The notes: generated from the sequence alone by a model not told the origin. A DNA stretch of 64,000 nt from Anaeromyxobacteraceae bacterium (GCA_047602405.1 JASGHJ010000002.1:3232001-3296000), one strand, 5' to 3'; positions 42,433 through 55,310 are shown, numbered from the stretch's first letter. Numbers and translations are program-made.

Positions 42433-44610
42433 ATGCTCGAGCCCCTCCCCGGCGCCGCGCCGATCCCGGACGTGCTGCGGCAGCGCCTCGAGGCCGCCGC
42501 CCGCGGCCGCGCGGGCCGCGAGCCGCCGCGGACGCACCACCTCGAGGGCGGCCTGCCCCGCTTCACGAACCGCCTCGCGCTCGAGCGCAGCCCGTACCTC
42601 CGCCAGCACGCGCACAACCCGGTGTCCTGGTGGCCGTGGGGGCCCGAGGCCCTCGAGGAGGCGCGCCGCACCGGCCGCCCGATCTTCCTCTCGGTGGGGT
42701 ACGCGACCTGCCACTGGTGCCACGTCATGGAGCGCGAGTCCTTCGAGGACCTCGAGATCGCGGCGGTCCTCAACGCGGACTACGTGCCCGTGAAGGTCGA
42801 CCGCGAGGAGCGCCCCGACGTCGACGCGCTCTACATGACGGCGGTGCAGCTCCTCACGGGCCAGGGCGGCTGGCCCATGAGCGTGTGGCTCACGCCGGCC
42901 GGCGAGCCGTTCTTCGCGGGCACCTACTTCCCCGCGCGCGACGGCGACCGCGGCCCCACCCGCGGGTTCCTCTCGATCCTGAGGGAGATCGCCGCGCTCT
43001 GGGCCGCCGACCCGGAGCGCGTGCGCCGCGCGACGGGCTCGCTCGTGGAGGCCGTGCAGGCCGCGCTCGCGCCCCCGCCGCTCGCGACGGGGCCGGAGCG
43101 CCCGGGGCCGGAGGTGATCGAGGCGGCGGTGGCGCGGCTCGGGCGGATCTTCGACGAGCGCCACGGCGGCGTGCGCGGCGCGCCCAAGTTCCCGTCCTCG
43201 ATGCCGGTGCGGCTCCTGCTCCGGCACCACCGGCGCGCGCGCGACGCGCGCTCGCTGGAGCTCGCGACCGTCACGCTCGAGCGGATGGCCGCGGGCGGCC
43301 TCATGGACCAGCTCGGCGGCGGGTTCCACCGCTACTCGACCGACGAGCGCTGGCTCGTGCCGCACTTCGAGAAGATGCTCTACGACAACGCGCTCCTCGC
43401 GATCGCGTACGCCGAGGCGTACCAGGTGACCGGGCGACGCGACTTCGCGCGGGTGGTCCGCCAGACGCTCGACTACCTCCTGCGCGAGCTCGCGGCGCCG
43501 GAGGGAGCGTTCTACGCCGCGAGCGACGCCGACTCCGAGGGCGAGGAGGGGAAGTACTTCGTCTGGACCCTCGACGAGCTCTCGCAGGTGCTCGGCGACG
43601 AGGCCGGCGAGCTCGCCGCGTTCCACGGCGTCACCGCCGCCGGGAACTTCGAGGGCGGCGCGAGCGTGCTGCACGTGCCGGCGCCGGACGAGGACCGCTG
43701 GGAGCGGCTCGCGCCCGCGCGGGCGAGGCTGCTCGCGGCGCGGGCCGGGCGGGTGCCGCCGCTCACGGACGAGAAGGTGCTCGCGGGGTGGAACGGCCTC
43801 GCCATCTCCGCGCTCGCGCAGGGCGGCCGGATCCTCGGGGAGCCGCGCTGGATCGAGGCCGCGGCGCGCGCCGCGCGCTTCGTGCTCGAGCGGATGGTGG
43901 TCGCGGGCCGGCTGCAGCGCAGCTTCGGCGAGGGCCACGCCGGCGTGCCCGCCTTCCTCGAGGATCACGCGTTCCTCGCGCAGGGGCTCCTCGACCTCCA
44001 CGAGGCGACCTTCGAGCCGCGGTGGCTCGAGGAGGCCGCCGCGCTCTTCGAGCGTGCCGAGGCGCTCTTCGGAGATCCCGCCGCGGGGGGCTGGTTCCAG
44101 ACGGCCACCGACCACGAGCGGCTCCTCGCGCGCGAGAAGCCCTCGCACGACGGCGCCGAGCCCTCCGGCGCCTCGGTCATGACGCTCGTCGCGCTCCGGC
44201 TCGAGGCCTTCACCGCGGAGGACCGCTACCGGGCGATCGCCGACCGCGCGCTCGCGCTGCACGCCCGCGCGCTCGCCGAGCAGCCCCTCGCCCTCACCGA
44301 GCTCCTCCTCGCGGTGGACTTCGCCACCGACTCGCCGCAGGAGGTGGTGCTGGTCTGGCCGGAGGCGGGCCCTCCACCGGAGCCCTTCCTGGACGTGCTG
44401 CGGCGGACCTTCCTCCCCAGCCGGGCGCTCACCGGCGCGGCCGCGGGCGACGGGATCGCGCGGCTGGCCCGCACCGCCCGCGTGGCGGAGGGCAAGGCCG
44501 CCGCGGGCGGGCCGACGGCCTACGTCTGCGAGCGCGGGCGCTGCCGCCTGCCGGCGATCGCCCCGGAGAAGCTCGCCGCGCAGCTCGCGCCGGTCCGGCC
44601 CTACCGATAG
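42433..44610 (+). CDS. YyaL/SSP411 (DUF255) thioredoxin-domain protein
   Basis: [55 protein letters not shown]. Confidence 0.95.
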   Translation: MLEPLPGAAPIPDVLRQRLEAAARGRAGREPPRTHHLEGGLPRFTNRLALERSPYLRQHAHNPVSWWPWGPEALEEARRTGRPIFLSVGYATCHWCHVMERESFEDLEIAAVLNADYVPVKVDREERPDVDALYMTAVQLLTGQGGWPMSVWLTPAGEPFFAGTYFPARDGDRGPTRGFLSILREIAALWAADPERVRRATGSLVEAVQAALAPPPLATGPERPGPEVIEAAVARLGRIFDERHGGVRGAPKFPSSMPVRLLLRHHRRARDARSLELATVTLERMAAGGLMDQLGGGFHRYSTDERWLVPHFEKMLYDNALLAIAYAEAYQVTGRRDFARVVRQTLDYLLRELAAPEGAFYAASDADSEGEEGKYFVWTLDELSQVLGDEAGELAAFHGVTAAGNFEGGASVLHVPAPDEDRWERLAPARARLLAARAGRVPPLTDEKVLAGWNGLAISALAQGGRILGEPRWIEAAARAARFVLERMVVAGRLQRSFGEGHAGVPAFLEDHAFLAQGLLDLHEATFEPRWLEEAAALFERAEALFGDPAAGGWFQTATDHERLLAREKPSHDGAEPSGASVMTLVALRLEAFTAEDRYRAIADRALALHARALAEQPLALTELLLAVDFATDSPQEVVLVWPEAGPPPEPFLDVLRRTFLPSRALTGAAAGDGIARLARTARVAEGKAAAGGPTAYVCERGRCRLPAIAPEKLAAQLAPVRPYR

Positions 44611-44792
44611 CGCCCGCGCGCGCGCCGCCGCACGGGTCACACCGAGTGAACTGGGACCCGGAGCACCCGGGTCCGGCCCGCGGGTTCGGACCCTGCCCCG
44701 GGCCACGGACTCTCGCGACCTTGCGGGCCCCCCGGAGGGCATGGTGAGTGCAGTGAGAGGACTTCCTGGGCAGCGCCGAGGAGGACGACACC

Positions 44793-47013
44793 TTGCGCCA
44801 CTGGACCATGAGCCGCCGCCTCGCCGCCACGCTCGTCGTGGTCGTGCCCCTCGCGGTGTGCTGCGCTGCGCTCATCTACCACCTCGTCGCCAACGGCGCG
44901 GAGCGGACCGAGGAGGCCTTCCGGGCCAGCCAGAGCGACGACCACGCCGCGGCGGCCCGCGCGCGCGACGACGCCCACTCGGCGCTCGAGCGCGCCCGGC
45001 AGATCGTGCTCCTCGGCGCCATCGGCGGCTCGCTCGCCACGCTGCTCGCCGGGGTCTTCGTCGCCCGCGAGATTCCGCAAGGCCGTGCGCTCGATCGAGG
45101 ACGAGGCGGCGCGGGTCACCCGCGCCGTCGCCGAGGGCCGCCTGGACGTGCGCGGCGATCCCGCGAGCGTGCAGCCGGACTTCAGGGACGTGATCCACGG
45201 CCTGAACCGGAGCATCGAGGCGTTCGCCGTCCCGTTCGGCACGATCCGCGAGCGCATGCAGCGCCTCTCCCGCGGCGACGTGCCGCCGCCCATCGCCGAG
45301 CCCTGGCAGGGCGACCTCGGCGCCACGAAGGACGCGGTGAACCGCTCCATCGGCGCCCTCCACGCGCTCCTCGCCGACGCGAACGCGCTGGCGCGGGCGG
45401 GCCAGGACGGCCACCTCGCGGCGCGCGCCGACGCGGCCCGCCACGAGGGCGAGTTCCGCGCGGTCGTGCAGGGCATGAACGCCACGCTCGACGGCGTCAC
45501 CGCGCCGATGCGCGCGACCGGCGAGGTGCTCGCCCGGATCGCGAAGGGCGACGTGCCCCCGCCGATCGACGAGGCCTGGCCGGGCGACTTCGCGCGCCTG
45601 CGCGACGACCTCAACACCGCCATCCGGGCGCTCCGCTCGATCGTGGAGGACGCGCGCAACCTCGCCCAGGCCGGCGTGGAGGGCCGCCTCGACGTCCGCG
45701 CCGACGCCGCGCTCCACCAGGGCGAGTTCCGCGCCATCGTGGAGGGGATGAACGCGAGCCTCGACGCGGTGGTGAAGCCGGTCGAGGTCGTGAAGGAGGT
45801 GCTCGAGGGGCTCTCCTACGGCGCCATCCCGCACCGCATCAAGGCGCCCTGGCGCGGGGAGTTCGCCGCGCTGCAGACCTACGTCAACGACTGCATCCTC
45901 GCGGTCCGGGCGCTCGTCGACGACGCGAAGGCGCTCGCCGCCGGCGCGGTCGGCGGCCAGCTCGCGATGCGGGCCGACCCGGACCGGCACATGGGCGAGT
46001 ACCGCCTGCTGGTGCAGGGCGTGAACCAGACGCTCGACGCGGTGACCGCGCCGGTGCGCGCCGCCACGGAGACCCTCGAGGCGCTCGCGAACCGCGACCT
46101 GCGCGCGCGGGTCCGCGGCGAGTACGTGGGCGAGCACGCCCGCCTGCAGCGCTCGGTGAACGCCACCGCCGCCGAGCTCGAGGACGCCATCCGCCAGGTG
46201 GGCGAGGCGACCGACCAGGTCGCCTCCGCCGCCGGCCAGATCGCGACCGCGGCCGAGAGCGTCGCGAACGGCGCGGGCTCCCAGGCCAGCGTGCTCGAGT
46301 CCGCCACCGCCGCGGTCGGCGAGCTCGGCGAGCTCTCCCGCGGGGCGGCCCAGGGCGCGCGGGACGCCATCGCGCTCGTGGGGCGGGCGAAGGCGGTGGC
46401 CGGCGACGGCTCCGCGGCCGCGCGGCGGATCCAGGAGGCCATGGAGCACATCCGCGCGAGCGCCGAGGGGACCGGACAGATCATCCGCGACGTCTCGGAG
46501 ATCGCCTTCCAGACGAACCTCCTCGCGCTCAACGCCGCGGTCGAGGCGGCGCGCGCCGGCGACGCCGGCCGGGGCTTCGCCGTGGTCGCCGAGGAGGTGC
46601 GCTCGCTCGCGCTCCGCGCGAAGGAGGCGGCGGGCAAGACCGAGGCGCTCATCAAGGAGTCGGTCCGCCAGGCCGGGCTCGGCGACGAGACCGCGCACCA
46701 GGCCACCCGGATCTTCGACGACCTCGCGGGCGCGGTCGGCGAGACCGCCGGCATCGTCGAGCGGATCTCCGCCTCCACCCAGGCCCAGGACGGCGCGCTC
46801 GCGCGCACCCGCCAGGCGGTCGAGCAGGCCGGCCACGTGACCCAGCAGAACGCCGCCTCCGCCGAGGAGTCGTCGTCCGCCGCGGGCGAGCTGTCCTGCC
46901 AGGCCGACGAGCTCACGCGCATGGTGCGGAGCTTCCGGGTGGACCGCGGGTCCGCGCCGCCGCCGGACGGCGCCGCGGGCGCGCGCGCGATGCTACAGTC
47001 GCGCGCGTCATGA
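44793..47013 (+). CDS. Methyl-accepting chemotaxis protein with poly-HAMP array; apparent +1 frameshift at 45071-45075
   Basis: GAGGAGG RBS before TTG; two TM helices; repeated HAMP units; [34 protein letters not shown]. Confidence 0.92.
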
Positions 47014-48050
47014 CCGACCGCACCGGGCCCGTCCGCCACTTCGCCTCCGACAACTACGCCGGCATCTGCCCCGAGGCCTGGGCCGCCCTGGCCGAGGCCA
47101 ACCTCGGCCACGCGCCCGGGTACGGCGACGACCGCTGGACCGCCGAGGCCGCCGACCTCCTCCGGGAGGTTTTCGAGACGGACTGCGAGGTCTTCTTCGT
47201 CTTCAACGGCACCGCCGCGAACTCGCTCGCGCTCGCGTCGATGTGCCAGTCGTACCACTCGATCCTCTGCCACGAGGCGGCGCACGTCGAGACCGACGAG
47301 TGCGGCGCGCCGGAGTTCTTCTCGAACGGCACGAAGGTCCTCACCGTCTCCGGCACGCACGGGAAGATCCGCCCCGAGCAGGTCGACTTCATGGTGAAGA
47401 AGCGGGACGACGTTCACTATCCGAAGCCGCGGGTGGTCTCGGTCACGCAGGCCACCGAGCTCGGCACCGTCTACACGCCCGACGAGCTGAAGGCGCTCTG
47501 GGCCCGGACGAAGTCGAACGGCCTCAGGCTCCACATGGACGGCGCGCGGCTCTCGAACGCGATCGCCGCGCTCGGGGTGAAGCCGAAGGAGGTCACCTGG
47601 CAGGCGGGCGTCGACGTCCTCTGCCTGGGCGGGACGAAGGCCGGCATGGCGGTCGGGGAGGCGGTGGTCTTCTTCGATCGCGCGCTCGCGGCGGAGTTCG
47701 ACTACCGCTGCAAGCAGGCCGGGCAGCTCGCCTCGAAGATGCGCTTCCTCGCGGCGCCGCTCGTCGGGATGCTCCGCGGCGGGGCGTGGCTCGCGCACGC
47801 CCGGCACGCGAACGAGATGGCGGCGCTGCTCGAGGACCGCCTGAAGGCGATCCCCGGCGTCGAGCTCCTGCACCCCCGGCAGGTGAACTCGGTCTTCGTG
47901 AAGCTCGCCCCCGCCACCGCCGCCGCGATGCGCGCGCGGGGCTGGCGGTTCTACGACTTCATCGGCGGCGCGTCCCGGCTGATGTGCGCGTGGGACACGC
48001 GGCCCGAGGACGTCGAGGCGTTCGCGCGGGAGCTCGCGGCCGCCGCGTAG
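47010..48050 (+). CDS. Low-specificity L-threonine aldolase
   Basis: [39 protein letters not shown]. Confidence 0.92.
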   Translation: MTDRTGPVRHFASDNYAGICPEAWAALAEANLGHAPGYGDDRWTAEAADLLREVFETDCEVFFVFNGTAANSLALASMCQSYHSILCHEAAHVETDECGAPEFFSNGTKVLTVSGTHGKIRPEQVDFMVKKRDDVHYPKPRVVSVTQATELGTVYTPDELKALWARTKSNGLRLHMDGARLSNAIAALGVKPKEVTWQAGVDVLCLGGTKAGMAVGEAVVFFDRALAAEFDYRCKQAGQLASKMRFLAAPLVGMLRGGAWLAHARHANEMAALLEDRLKAIPGVELLHPRQVNSVFVKLAPATAAAMRARGWRFYDFIGGASRLMCAWDTRPEDVEAFARELAAAA

Positions 48051-48144
48051 CCGCCCCGTCACGAACGCGCCGACTCCGTCTCGCGGCGGGAACCCCCGGC
48101 GGGTGCCGTGCGCCCGCACGCCCGGCTCGGGCACAATGCGGGGC

Positions 48145-51100
48145 ATGACCCTCCCCCGTCGTTCACTCGCCGCGCTCGCCGCGGTGTGCCTGCCCCTCGC
48201 CGCCGCCTCGCTCGACGCGGACGCGCTCCTCGAGAAGAACGCCGCGGCACGCGGCGGCCGCGAGCGGCTCGCGAAGCTCCAGTCGCTGCGCCTCACCGGC
48301 AAGCAGCTCCAGGGCGACGGCTCGACGCCCATGGCCTGGTCGAAGGTCGTGAAGCGGCCGGGGCTCTACCGCGAGGACGTCTCGCTCCAGGGGCTCACGT
48401 ACACCGACGGCTGGGACGGCAAGGACGGCTGGCGGTTCGACCCGTTCAGCGGCCGGCGCGAGGCGGAGCGCGTCTCGGCCGACGAGGCGAAGCAGAACGC
48501 CCGCGAGGCGGACCTCGACGGGCTCCTCCTCGGCGCGAAGGGGCGCGGCGCCGCCGTGGCGTACCTCGGCGTCGAGGACGTCGACGGGACGCCCGCCCAG
48601 AAGCTCCGCGTGACCGAGAAGGACGGCGACCTCGCCTACGTCTTCCTCGACCCCGACCAGTTCCTCGAGATCCGCGTCGAGCTGCACGTGAGGGTGCGCG
48701 GGGTGGAGCGCGTCCTCGAGATCGACCTCGGCGCCTACGAGCAGGTCGAGGGGGTGTGGTTCCCGTTCGCGCTCGAGGGCGGTCCGAAGAACGCGCCGCG
48801 CCAGTGGCGGGCGGTGGTGGAGCGCGCCGACGCGAACGCCGCGCTCGACGACGCGACCTTCCGCTTCCCGGGCGCCGCCGCGCCTCCCGCCCTGCCGGCC
48901 CTGCCCGCCGCGGCCGAGGTGTCCCGCGCGGCGGCCCCGGCCGCTCCCGCCGCCGCCGGGCCCGCGCGCGTCGACGCCGGCGTGCTCTCCGGCCTCGGCG
49001 CGCGCAACGTGGGCGCCGCGGTGATGAGCGGCCGCGTGTCCGCGGTGGCCGCCCGCAAGGTGGACGGCAAGACCACGATCTTCGCGGGCGCCGCGAGCGG
49101 CGGCGTGTGGAAGTCGACCGACGGCGGCACGACCTTCCGGCCCGTCTTCGACCGCGCCGGCGTGCAGTCGATCGGCGCCATCGCCATCGACCCCAAGGAC
49201 CCGCGCCGGGTCTGGGTCGGCACCGGCGAGTCCTGGACGCGCAACTCGGTGTCGTTCGGCGACGGCATCTACCGGAGCGACGACGGCGGCGACACCTGGG
49301 CGAACGTCGGCCTCCCGGACTCCGAGCGCATCTCGAAGATCGTGGTCGATCCGCGCGACTCGCAGGTGGTCTGGGCCTGCGTGCCGGGCCGGCTGTGGAG
49401 CGACTCGGCGGAGCGCGGGCTCTACCGCACCGCCGACGGGGGCAGGACCTGGGCGCTCTCGCTCAGGGGCGCGAACCTCTCGACCGGCTGCTCCGGCTTC
49501 GACCTCGACCCCTCGAACCCCGACCACGTCGTCGCCGGCCTGTGGGACTTCCGGCGCAAGGGCTGGACCTTCCGCTCCGGCGGCGACGGCCCCACGGCCG
49601 CGAGCGGCTCCGGCCTGCACGAGACCCGCGACGGCGGGAGGACCTGGACCGCGCTCGCGCCCGGCCCGGCGACCGGCCTGCCGGCATTCCCGTGGGGCCG
49701 CGTGGAGGTGACGTTCGCGCCCTCCGACGCGAGGATCGTCTACGCCTTCGTCGAGTCGACGGCCTCGGCGCTCTACCGCTCCTCCGACGGCGGCAGGACC
49801 TGGGAGGCGCGCGACAACAGCCAGATGATGATCTGGCGGCCGTTCTACTTCGCGCGGCTCGTCGTGGATCCCACGAACCCGGAGCGGGTCTTCAAGGCCG
49901 GCGGCGGCCTCATCCAGAGCGAGGACGGCGGCAAGAGCTTCGCCTCCTCCGGCGGCGCCGGGCACGGCGACTGGCACGACGTCTGGATCGATCCGGCCGA
50001 CCCGAAGCACGTGGTCGCCGGGGACGACGGCGGCCTGTGGCTCTCCTACGACGGCGGCAACCGCTGGTGGAAGTGCGACAACCTCCCGATCTCGCAGTTC
50101 TACCACGTGGCCGTGGACGCGAAGGACCCGTACCGGGTCTACGGTGGCCTGCAGGACAACTCGTCGTGGGTCGGCGAGAGCGCGTACCCGGGCGGCATCT
50201 CGACCGCGCAGTGGTCGGTCGTGTTCTGGGGCGACGGCTTCTGGACGCTGCCCGACCCGACCGATCCCGACGCGGTCTACGCGGAGGCGCAGGGCGGCTA
50301 CGCCGTGCGCACGGACCTCGGGACCCGGGCGTTCCGCGACATCCAGCCGAAGGCCCGGCCGCACGAGAAGCTCCGCTACAACTGGAACGCCCCGCTCCAC
50401 CTCTCCCCCACGCAGAAGGGCACGCTCTACCTCGGCGCCCAGTTCCTCTTCCGCTCGAGGGACCGCGGCATGAGCTGGGAGCGGATCTCGCCCGACCTCA
50501 CCACGAACGACCCCGAGAAGCAGCGGCAGGAGGAGTCCGGCGGCGTCACGGTCGACAACTCGGTCGCCGAGATGCACGGCACGATCTACACGATCGGCGA
50601 GTCGCGCCTCGACCCGCGCACGATTCTGGGTCGGCACCGACGACGGCAAGGTGCAGCTCACCCGCGACGGCGGGAAGAGCTGGAAGGACGTGACCCCGCC
50701 CGCCGCGCTCGTGCCGAAGGCCTCGTGGGTGAGCTGGGTCGAGCCCTCCCGCGCCGCGGCCGGCACCGCGTACGCCACCTTCGACCGCCACACCTTCGGG
50801 GACTTCGACGCGCACCTGCTGCGCACCACCGACTTCGGGAAGACCTGGACCCGCATCGCCGGCCCGGGCGAGGGGCTGAAGGGCTGGGCGCACGTGGTCC
50901 GGGAGGACCCGGTGAAGCCCACGATCCTCTACGCCGGCACCGAGCTCGGGCTGTGGATCAGCGTCGACGCCGGCGCCTCGTGGGCCCGCTTCGAGGGCGG
51001 CCGCTTCCCGGCGGTGGCGGTGCGCGACCTCGCCTTCGCCGACCGCGAGGGCGACCTCGTCATCGCGACCCACGGGCGCGGGTTGTGGATCGTGGACGAC

Positions 51101-52051
51101 CTCGCCCCGCTGCGGGCGCTCTCCACGGCCGCGCTCGGGCGGGAGGTCACGCTCCTGCCGTCGCGGCCCGCCCAGCAGCGCATGAACGCCATCGGGCAGT
51201 GGGTGCAGGGGGACGCGAAGCACCTCGGCCAGAACCCGGACGAGGGCGCGGTGGTCGCGTTCTACCAGCGCTCGCGCCACCTCTACGGCACGATGAAGCT
51301 CGAGGTGCTCGACCCGGCCGGCAAGGTCGTCGACACCATCCCCGCCCCGAAGCGCCGCGGCCTCAACCGCGTCTCGTGGTCGATGCGCGAGAAGGCGCCC
51401 GAGGTGCCGCGCGCGGCCTCGATCGCCGGCGCCTCGATGCAGGGTCCGCGCGTCGTGCCGGGCACCTGGAGGGTGCGGCTCACCCGCGGCGCGGAGGTGG
51501 TCGAGGCGCCGCTCGAGATCAGGCTCGACCGCCGGGCGCCCTACGACGTCGCGGCGCGCAAGGCCCAGCACGACGCGGTCATGCGCGTCCACGCGCTCTT
51601 CGGCCGGATGACCGCCGTGGTCGCGAAGCTCGACGGGCTCGCGGGCGCCGCCCGGGCGGCGGCGAAGGGCGCACCCGCCGACCGCGCGGCCCGCCTCGCG
51701 AAGCTCGCCGACGCGGCCGAGGCGCTCAAGAAGCTCGTGGTGGCGACCAAGGAGGGCGGCGCGATCACCGGCGAGGAGCGCCTGCGCGAGCACGCCGACA
51801 TCCTCTACGGCGCGCTGCAGACCTGGGAGGGCCGCCCGGCGGCGTACCAGCTCCAGCGCATCGACGCCCTCACGAGCGAGCTCGGCGAGGTCGAGCGCGG
51901 GCTCGCGGCGCTCGTCGCCGGCGAGGCGAAGGCCCTGTCGGTGAGCGTGGCGGCGGCGCCGAGCCTCGAGGATCCCCGGGCCCTCGCCGACCTCCTCCGC
52001 GCGCGGCGCGGGGAGGTCGTCGAGGCGGGGGAGGACCGGGTCGCGCGCTGA
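48145..52051 (+). CDS. Large secreted VPS10/BNR-repeat glycosyl hydrolase-like protein with N-terminal LolA-like domain; apparent +1 frameshift at 50622-50626
   Basis: MSGRVSAV, many SxDGGxTW Asp-boxes, YGGLQDN, WNAP, ISPDLT, ATHGRGLW; removing one T restores TIWVGTDDG. Confidence 0.85.
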
Positions 52052-52052
52052 G

Positions 52053-52859
52053 CTACTGGCCCTGGAGGACCACCGGGAGCCCGTTCTTCGGGTTCCCGAT
52101 GATCACCATCTTCGCGTTCTGGCTCTTCGCGAGCTCCATCGTGGCCTCGATGCCCTTGTACTGCAGGTACTCGGGCGTCAGGCCCTGGCGGACGATCGAC
52201 TGGTACTTCGCGATGCCCTCCGCCTCGATCTGCTTGCGCTGGGCCTCCTGGCGCTCCTTCGCGAGCGTGAACTGCATCTTCTGGGAGGCCTGCTCCTCGG
52301 CGAGCTTGTCCTGGATGGCGACCTTGATGTTCTCGGGCAGGTCGACGTCGCGGACGAGCACCGCCTCCACGATCACGTGCTTGCCGGCGAGCGCCTTCGT
52401 CACCTCGTCGTAGATCTGCCGCTCGATCTCCTCGCGCTTCGTCGAGTAGATCTCCTCCGGCTGGTAGCGCCCGAAGACCTTGCGGGCCTCCGAGCGGACG
52501 ATGGGCGCGACGAGCTTCTGGTCGTAGTCGGGGCCGATCTGGGTCTGGAGCTGGTAGAGCTCCTCGACGACCGGGCGGAACCGCACCGAGGCGTCCACCC
52601 GGAGCGTGAGGCCGTTCGACGAGAGCACGACGAGCTGCTCCTTCATCTCGTGGACGCGGGTGTCGTAGGTGATGACGTAGTTCCAGATGGGCATCATGTG
52701 GAGGCCCTCGCCGACGAGCTCCTGGCTCGTGCCGCCGCCGAGCGTCTTGAAGACGATCCCGCGGTGGCCGGAGTCGACTGTGGGGCAGCGGCAGCCGGGC
52801 AGGAAGGGCGCCGCGAGCAGGATGGCGAGGGTCGTGGTGCGCAGGCTTCGGGCGAGCAT
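52053..52859 (-). CDS. SPFH/prohibitin family protein
   Basis: VDSGHRGIVF, EGLH, RSEARKVFG, VLVRDVDLP, KQIEAEGIA, YLQYKGIEA. Confidence 0.92.
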   Translation of the reverse strand: MLARSLRTTTLAILLAAPFLPGCRCPTVDSGHRGIVFKTLGGGTSQELVGEGLHMMPIWNYVITYDTRVHEMKEQLVVLSSNGLTLRVDASVRFRPVVEELYQLQTQIGPDYDQKLVAPIVRSEARKVFGRYQPEEIYSTKREEIERQIYDEVTKALAGKHVIVEAVLVRDVDLPENIKVAIQDKLAEEQASQKMQFTLAKERQEAQRKQIEAEGIAKYQSIVRQGLTPEYLQYKGIEATMELAKSQNAKMVIIGNPKNGLPVVLQGQ

Positions 52860-52892
52860 GGGGCCTCCGGGACGGTGCGTTCGCGGCACAGC

Positions 52893-53912
52893 CTAGCGGC
52901 CCGGCGGGCGATCCACCACGCGGAAAGGACGCTCGCCGTCGAACGTGCGGAAGAGCAGCGCGAGCGCCGGGAACAGAAGCACCGCTCCGGCCGCGAGGCC
53001 CCAGAGGACGGCGAGCTGCGTCGCGCGCGGCGCGCTCGCGGAGGCGAGCGTCAGGCCGGGCGCCAGATACGGATACTGCGAAGCGCCCCAGCCGGCAACG
53101 ATGAGCGCCGCCTGGCACGCGGCCGTCACGCGGGCGACGCGGTACCGCCTCCGCCAGAGTGCCGCGAAGGAGGCGATCGCGGCCGCCGCGGTCGCGAGGT
53201 GCAGCGCGATCGACCACGGGCGGCGGGTGAGGCCCTCGAACACGGCGGGCGCCTCCGAGAAGGAGAGCCCGCCCGCGAGCGCGGCGAGCCCGAACACCGC
53301 GACGCCCGCCCCGAGCGCCCGGGCGCGGAAGTCCCCCGCGAGCGCCGCGTCACCGGCGCGGTCCGCCTGCACGGCGGCGTAGACCGCGGCGAGGAACGCG
53401 AAGAGGACGAGCGCGAGCCCGCCGGTGGCGAACGGGAACGGGGCCACCCAGGCGAACGGCGCGCTGCCGTCGCCCGCCACCCTCCCGCTCGCGAGCGCGC
53501 CCACCATGATGCCGAGCATCACGGGAGCGATCACCGAGGAGACCGAGAACACGAGCCCCCACCGCACGCGCACCCCCGGATCCGGGCGGTCGTAGGTCCG
53601 GAACGTGAAGGCGGCGCCCCGCAGCACGATCCCGAGGAGGAGCACCAGAATCGGGACGAACAGGCCGATCGAGACGGCCCCGAACGCTGGCGGGAAGCAG
53701 GCGAAGAGCAGCACCACCACGAGGATCAGCCACACGTGGTTCGCCTCCCAGATCGGCCCGAGCGCCCGCTCCACGAGCGCGCGCTGGGCCTCGCGCCGCG
53801 GCCCGCGGGCGAGGAGGTCGAGCGCGCCCCCGCCGAAGTCGGCGCCCCCGAGGAGCGCGTAGAGGACGAGCGCGACGAGCATCGCGCCGCCGAGGAGATC
53901 GGCCGGGGTCAC
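52893..53912 (-). CDS. cydB: Cytochrome bd-type ubiquinol oxidase subunit II
   Basis: GGADFGGG, GPIWEANHVWLI, LRGAAFTFR; GTGA overlap with cydA. Confidence 0.93.
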   Translation of the reverse strand: MTPADLLGGAMLVALVLYALLGGADFGGGALDLLARGPRREAQRALVERALGPIWEANHVWLILVVVLLFACFPPAFGAVSIGLFVPILVLLLGIVLRGAAFTFRTYDRPDPGVRVRWGLVFSVSSVIAPVMLGIMVGALASGRVAGDGSAPFAWVAPFPFATGGLALVLFAFLAAVYAAVQADRAGDAALAGDFRARALGAGVAVFGLAALAGGLSFSEAPAVFEGLTRRPWSIALHLATAAAAIASFAALWRRRYRVARVTAACQAALIVAGWGASQYPYLAPGLTLASASAPRATQLAVLWGLAAGAVLLFPALALLFRTFDGERPFRVVDRPPGR

Positions 53913-55225
53913 GCCTCCACCTCCCGGAGCTCCGCGCTCGTGGGCGCGTGGGCGACCTGCCGGCGCAGGAGCGCGATCACGACGGCGGTGAGGAACAGGT
54001 AGACCACCGTGAACGCCGCGAGCGGGAGCCCCAGGTTCCCGACCGGCGTCACCGCGTCGGCCGTGCGCAGGAGGCCCACCGCGGCGTAGGGCTGGCGCCC
54101 CCACTCGGTCACGAGCCAGCCCGCCTCGAGCGCGACCACGCCGAGGGGCGTGGCGACGGCGAGCGCGCCGAGGAGCCACCGTGGGTGCTCGCGGCGGCGC
54201 AGCAGCGTCAGGAAGTGGAGGGCCGCGAGGAGCGCGAGCAGCGTCCCGAGCCCGACCATCACCTGGAAGGCGAGGTGCACCTTCGCGACCGGCGGCCAGG
54301 TGTCGCGCGGGAACTCCTCGAGCCCCTTCACGACCGCGCGCGGGTCGTGGAAGGCGAGGAGGGAGAGCCCGTACGGGAGCTCGAGCGCGTACCGGGTCTC
54401 GCCCGCCTCGACGTCCGGCAGGCCGCCGATCCGGAGCGGCGCCCCGCGCTCGGTCCGGAACTGCCCCTCGAGCGCGGCGAGCTTGCGCGGCTGGACCTCG
54501 GCGACCTGCCGCGCCGAGAGGTCCCCCGAGAGCGGCATCGCGAGCGCCGCGAGCCCGCCGACGCCCAGCACGACCTTCAGCGCCGCGCGGTGAAACCGGT
54601 TGGCGGGGTCGCGCAGCAGCGCGAGCGCGTGGATGCCCGCGACCCCGAACCCGACCGCGACGTAGCAGGAGAGGACGACGTGCAGCACCTCGTGCGCCCA
54701 GCCCGGCGGGAAGATCGCGACGAGGGGCTCGACGTCCACCACCCGGCCGCCCTCCAGCCGGAACCCGGCCGGCACCGCCATCCAGGCGTTCGCGAGCGTC
54801 ACGAAGAACGCCGAGACGGCGCCGCACACGGCGACCACCACCCCGCTCGCGAGGTGCAGCCGGGCGCCGACCCGGTCCCAGCCGTAGAGGTAGATGCCGA
54901 GGAAGATCGCCTCGCCGAAGAAGGCGAAGCCCTCGAGCGCGAAGGCGAGCCCCACCGCGGGCCCGGCGAGCTCCATGAAGCGCGGCCAGAGGAGGCCGAG
55001 CTCGAAGGAGATGACGGTCCCCGAGACCGCCCCGACCGCGAACAGGATCGCCGAGCCCTTCGCCCACCGGCGGGCGAGGTCGAGGAGGACCGGATCGCCG
55101 GTGCGCCGGTAGCGCCACTCGGCGACGACCATGAAGGCGGGCATCGCCACGCCGATGGCCGCGAAGACGATGTGAAAGGCGAGCGAGAGGCCGAAGAGCC
55201 AGCGGGCCGCGAGGAGGTCGGTCAT
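53909..55225 (-). CDS. cydA: Cytochrome bd-type ubiquinol oxidase subunit I (short Q-loop)
   Basis: FHIVF, GAVSGT, FELGLLWP, EGFAFFGEA, QPRKLAALEG, GWLVTEWGRQP. Confidence 0.95.
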   Translation of the reverse strand: MTDLLAARWLFGLSLAFHIVFAAIGVAMPAFMVVAEWRYRRTGDPVLLDLARRWAKGSAILFAVGAVSGTVISFELGLLWPRFMELAGPAVGLAFALEGFAFFGEAIFLGIYLYGWDRVGARLHLASGVVVAVCGAVSAFFVTLANAWMAVPAGFRLEGGRVVDVEPLVAIFPPGWAHEVLHVVLSCYVAVGFGVAGIHALALLRDPANRFHRAALKVVLGVGGLAALAMPLSGDLSARQVAEVQPRKLAALEGQFRTERGAPLRIGGLPDVEAGETRYALELPYGLSLLAFHDPRAVVKGLEEFPRDTWPPVAKVHLAFQVMVGLGTLLALLAALHFLTLLRRREHPRWLLGALAVATPLGVVALEAGWLVTEWGRQPYAAVGLLRTADAVTPVGNLGLPLAAFTVVYLFLTAVVIALLRRQVAHAPTSAELREVEA

Positions 55226-55310
55226 GCGCGCCGGAGGTGTGGCGGCGCGGAGGGCCCGGCGCCCGTCCCGGCCGGAGCCCGCGACACTGTGTCACCGTGG
55301 GCGGTCGGAA

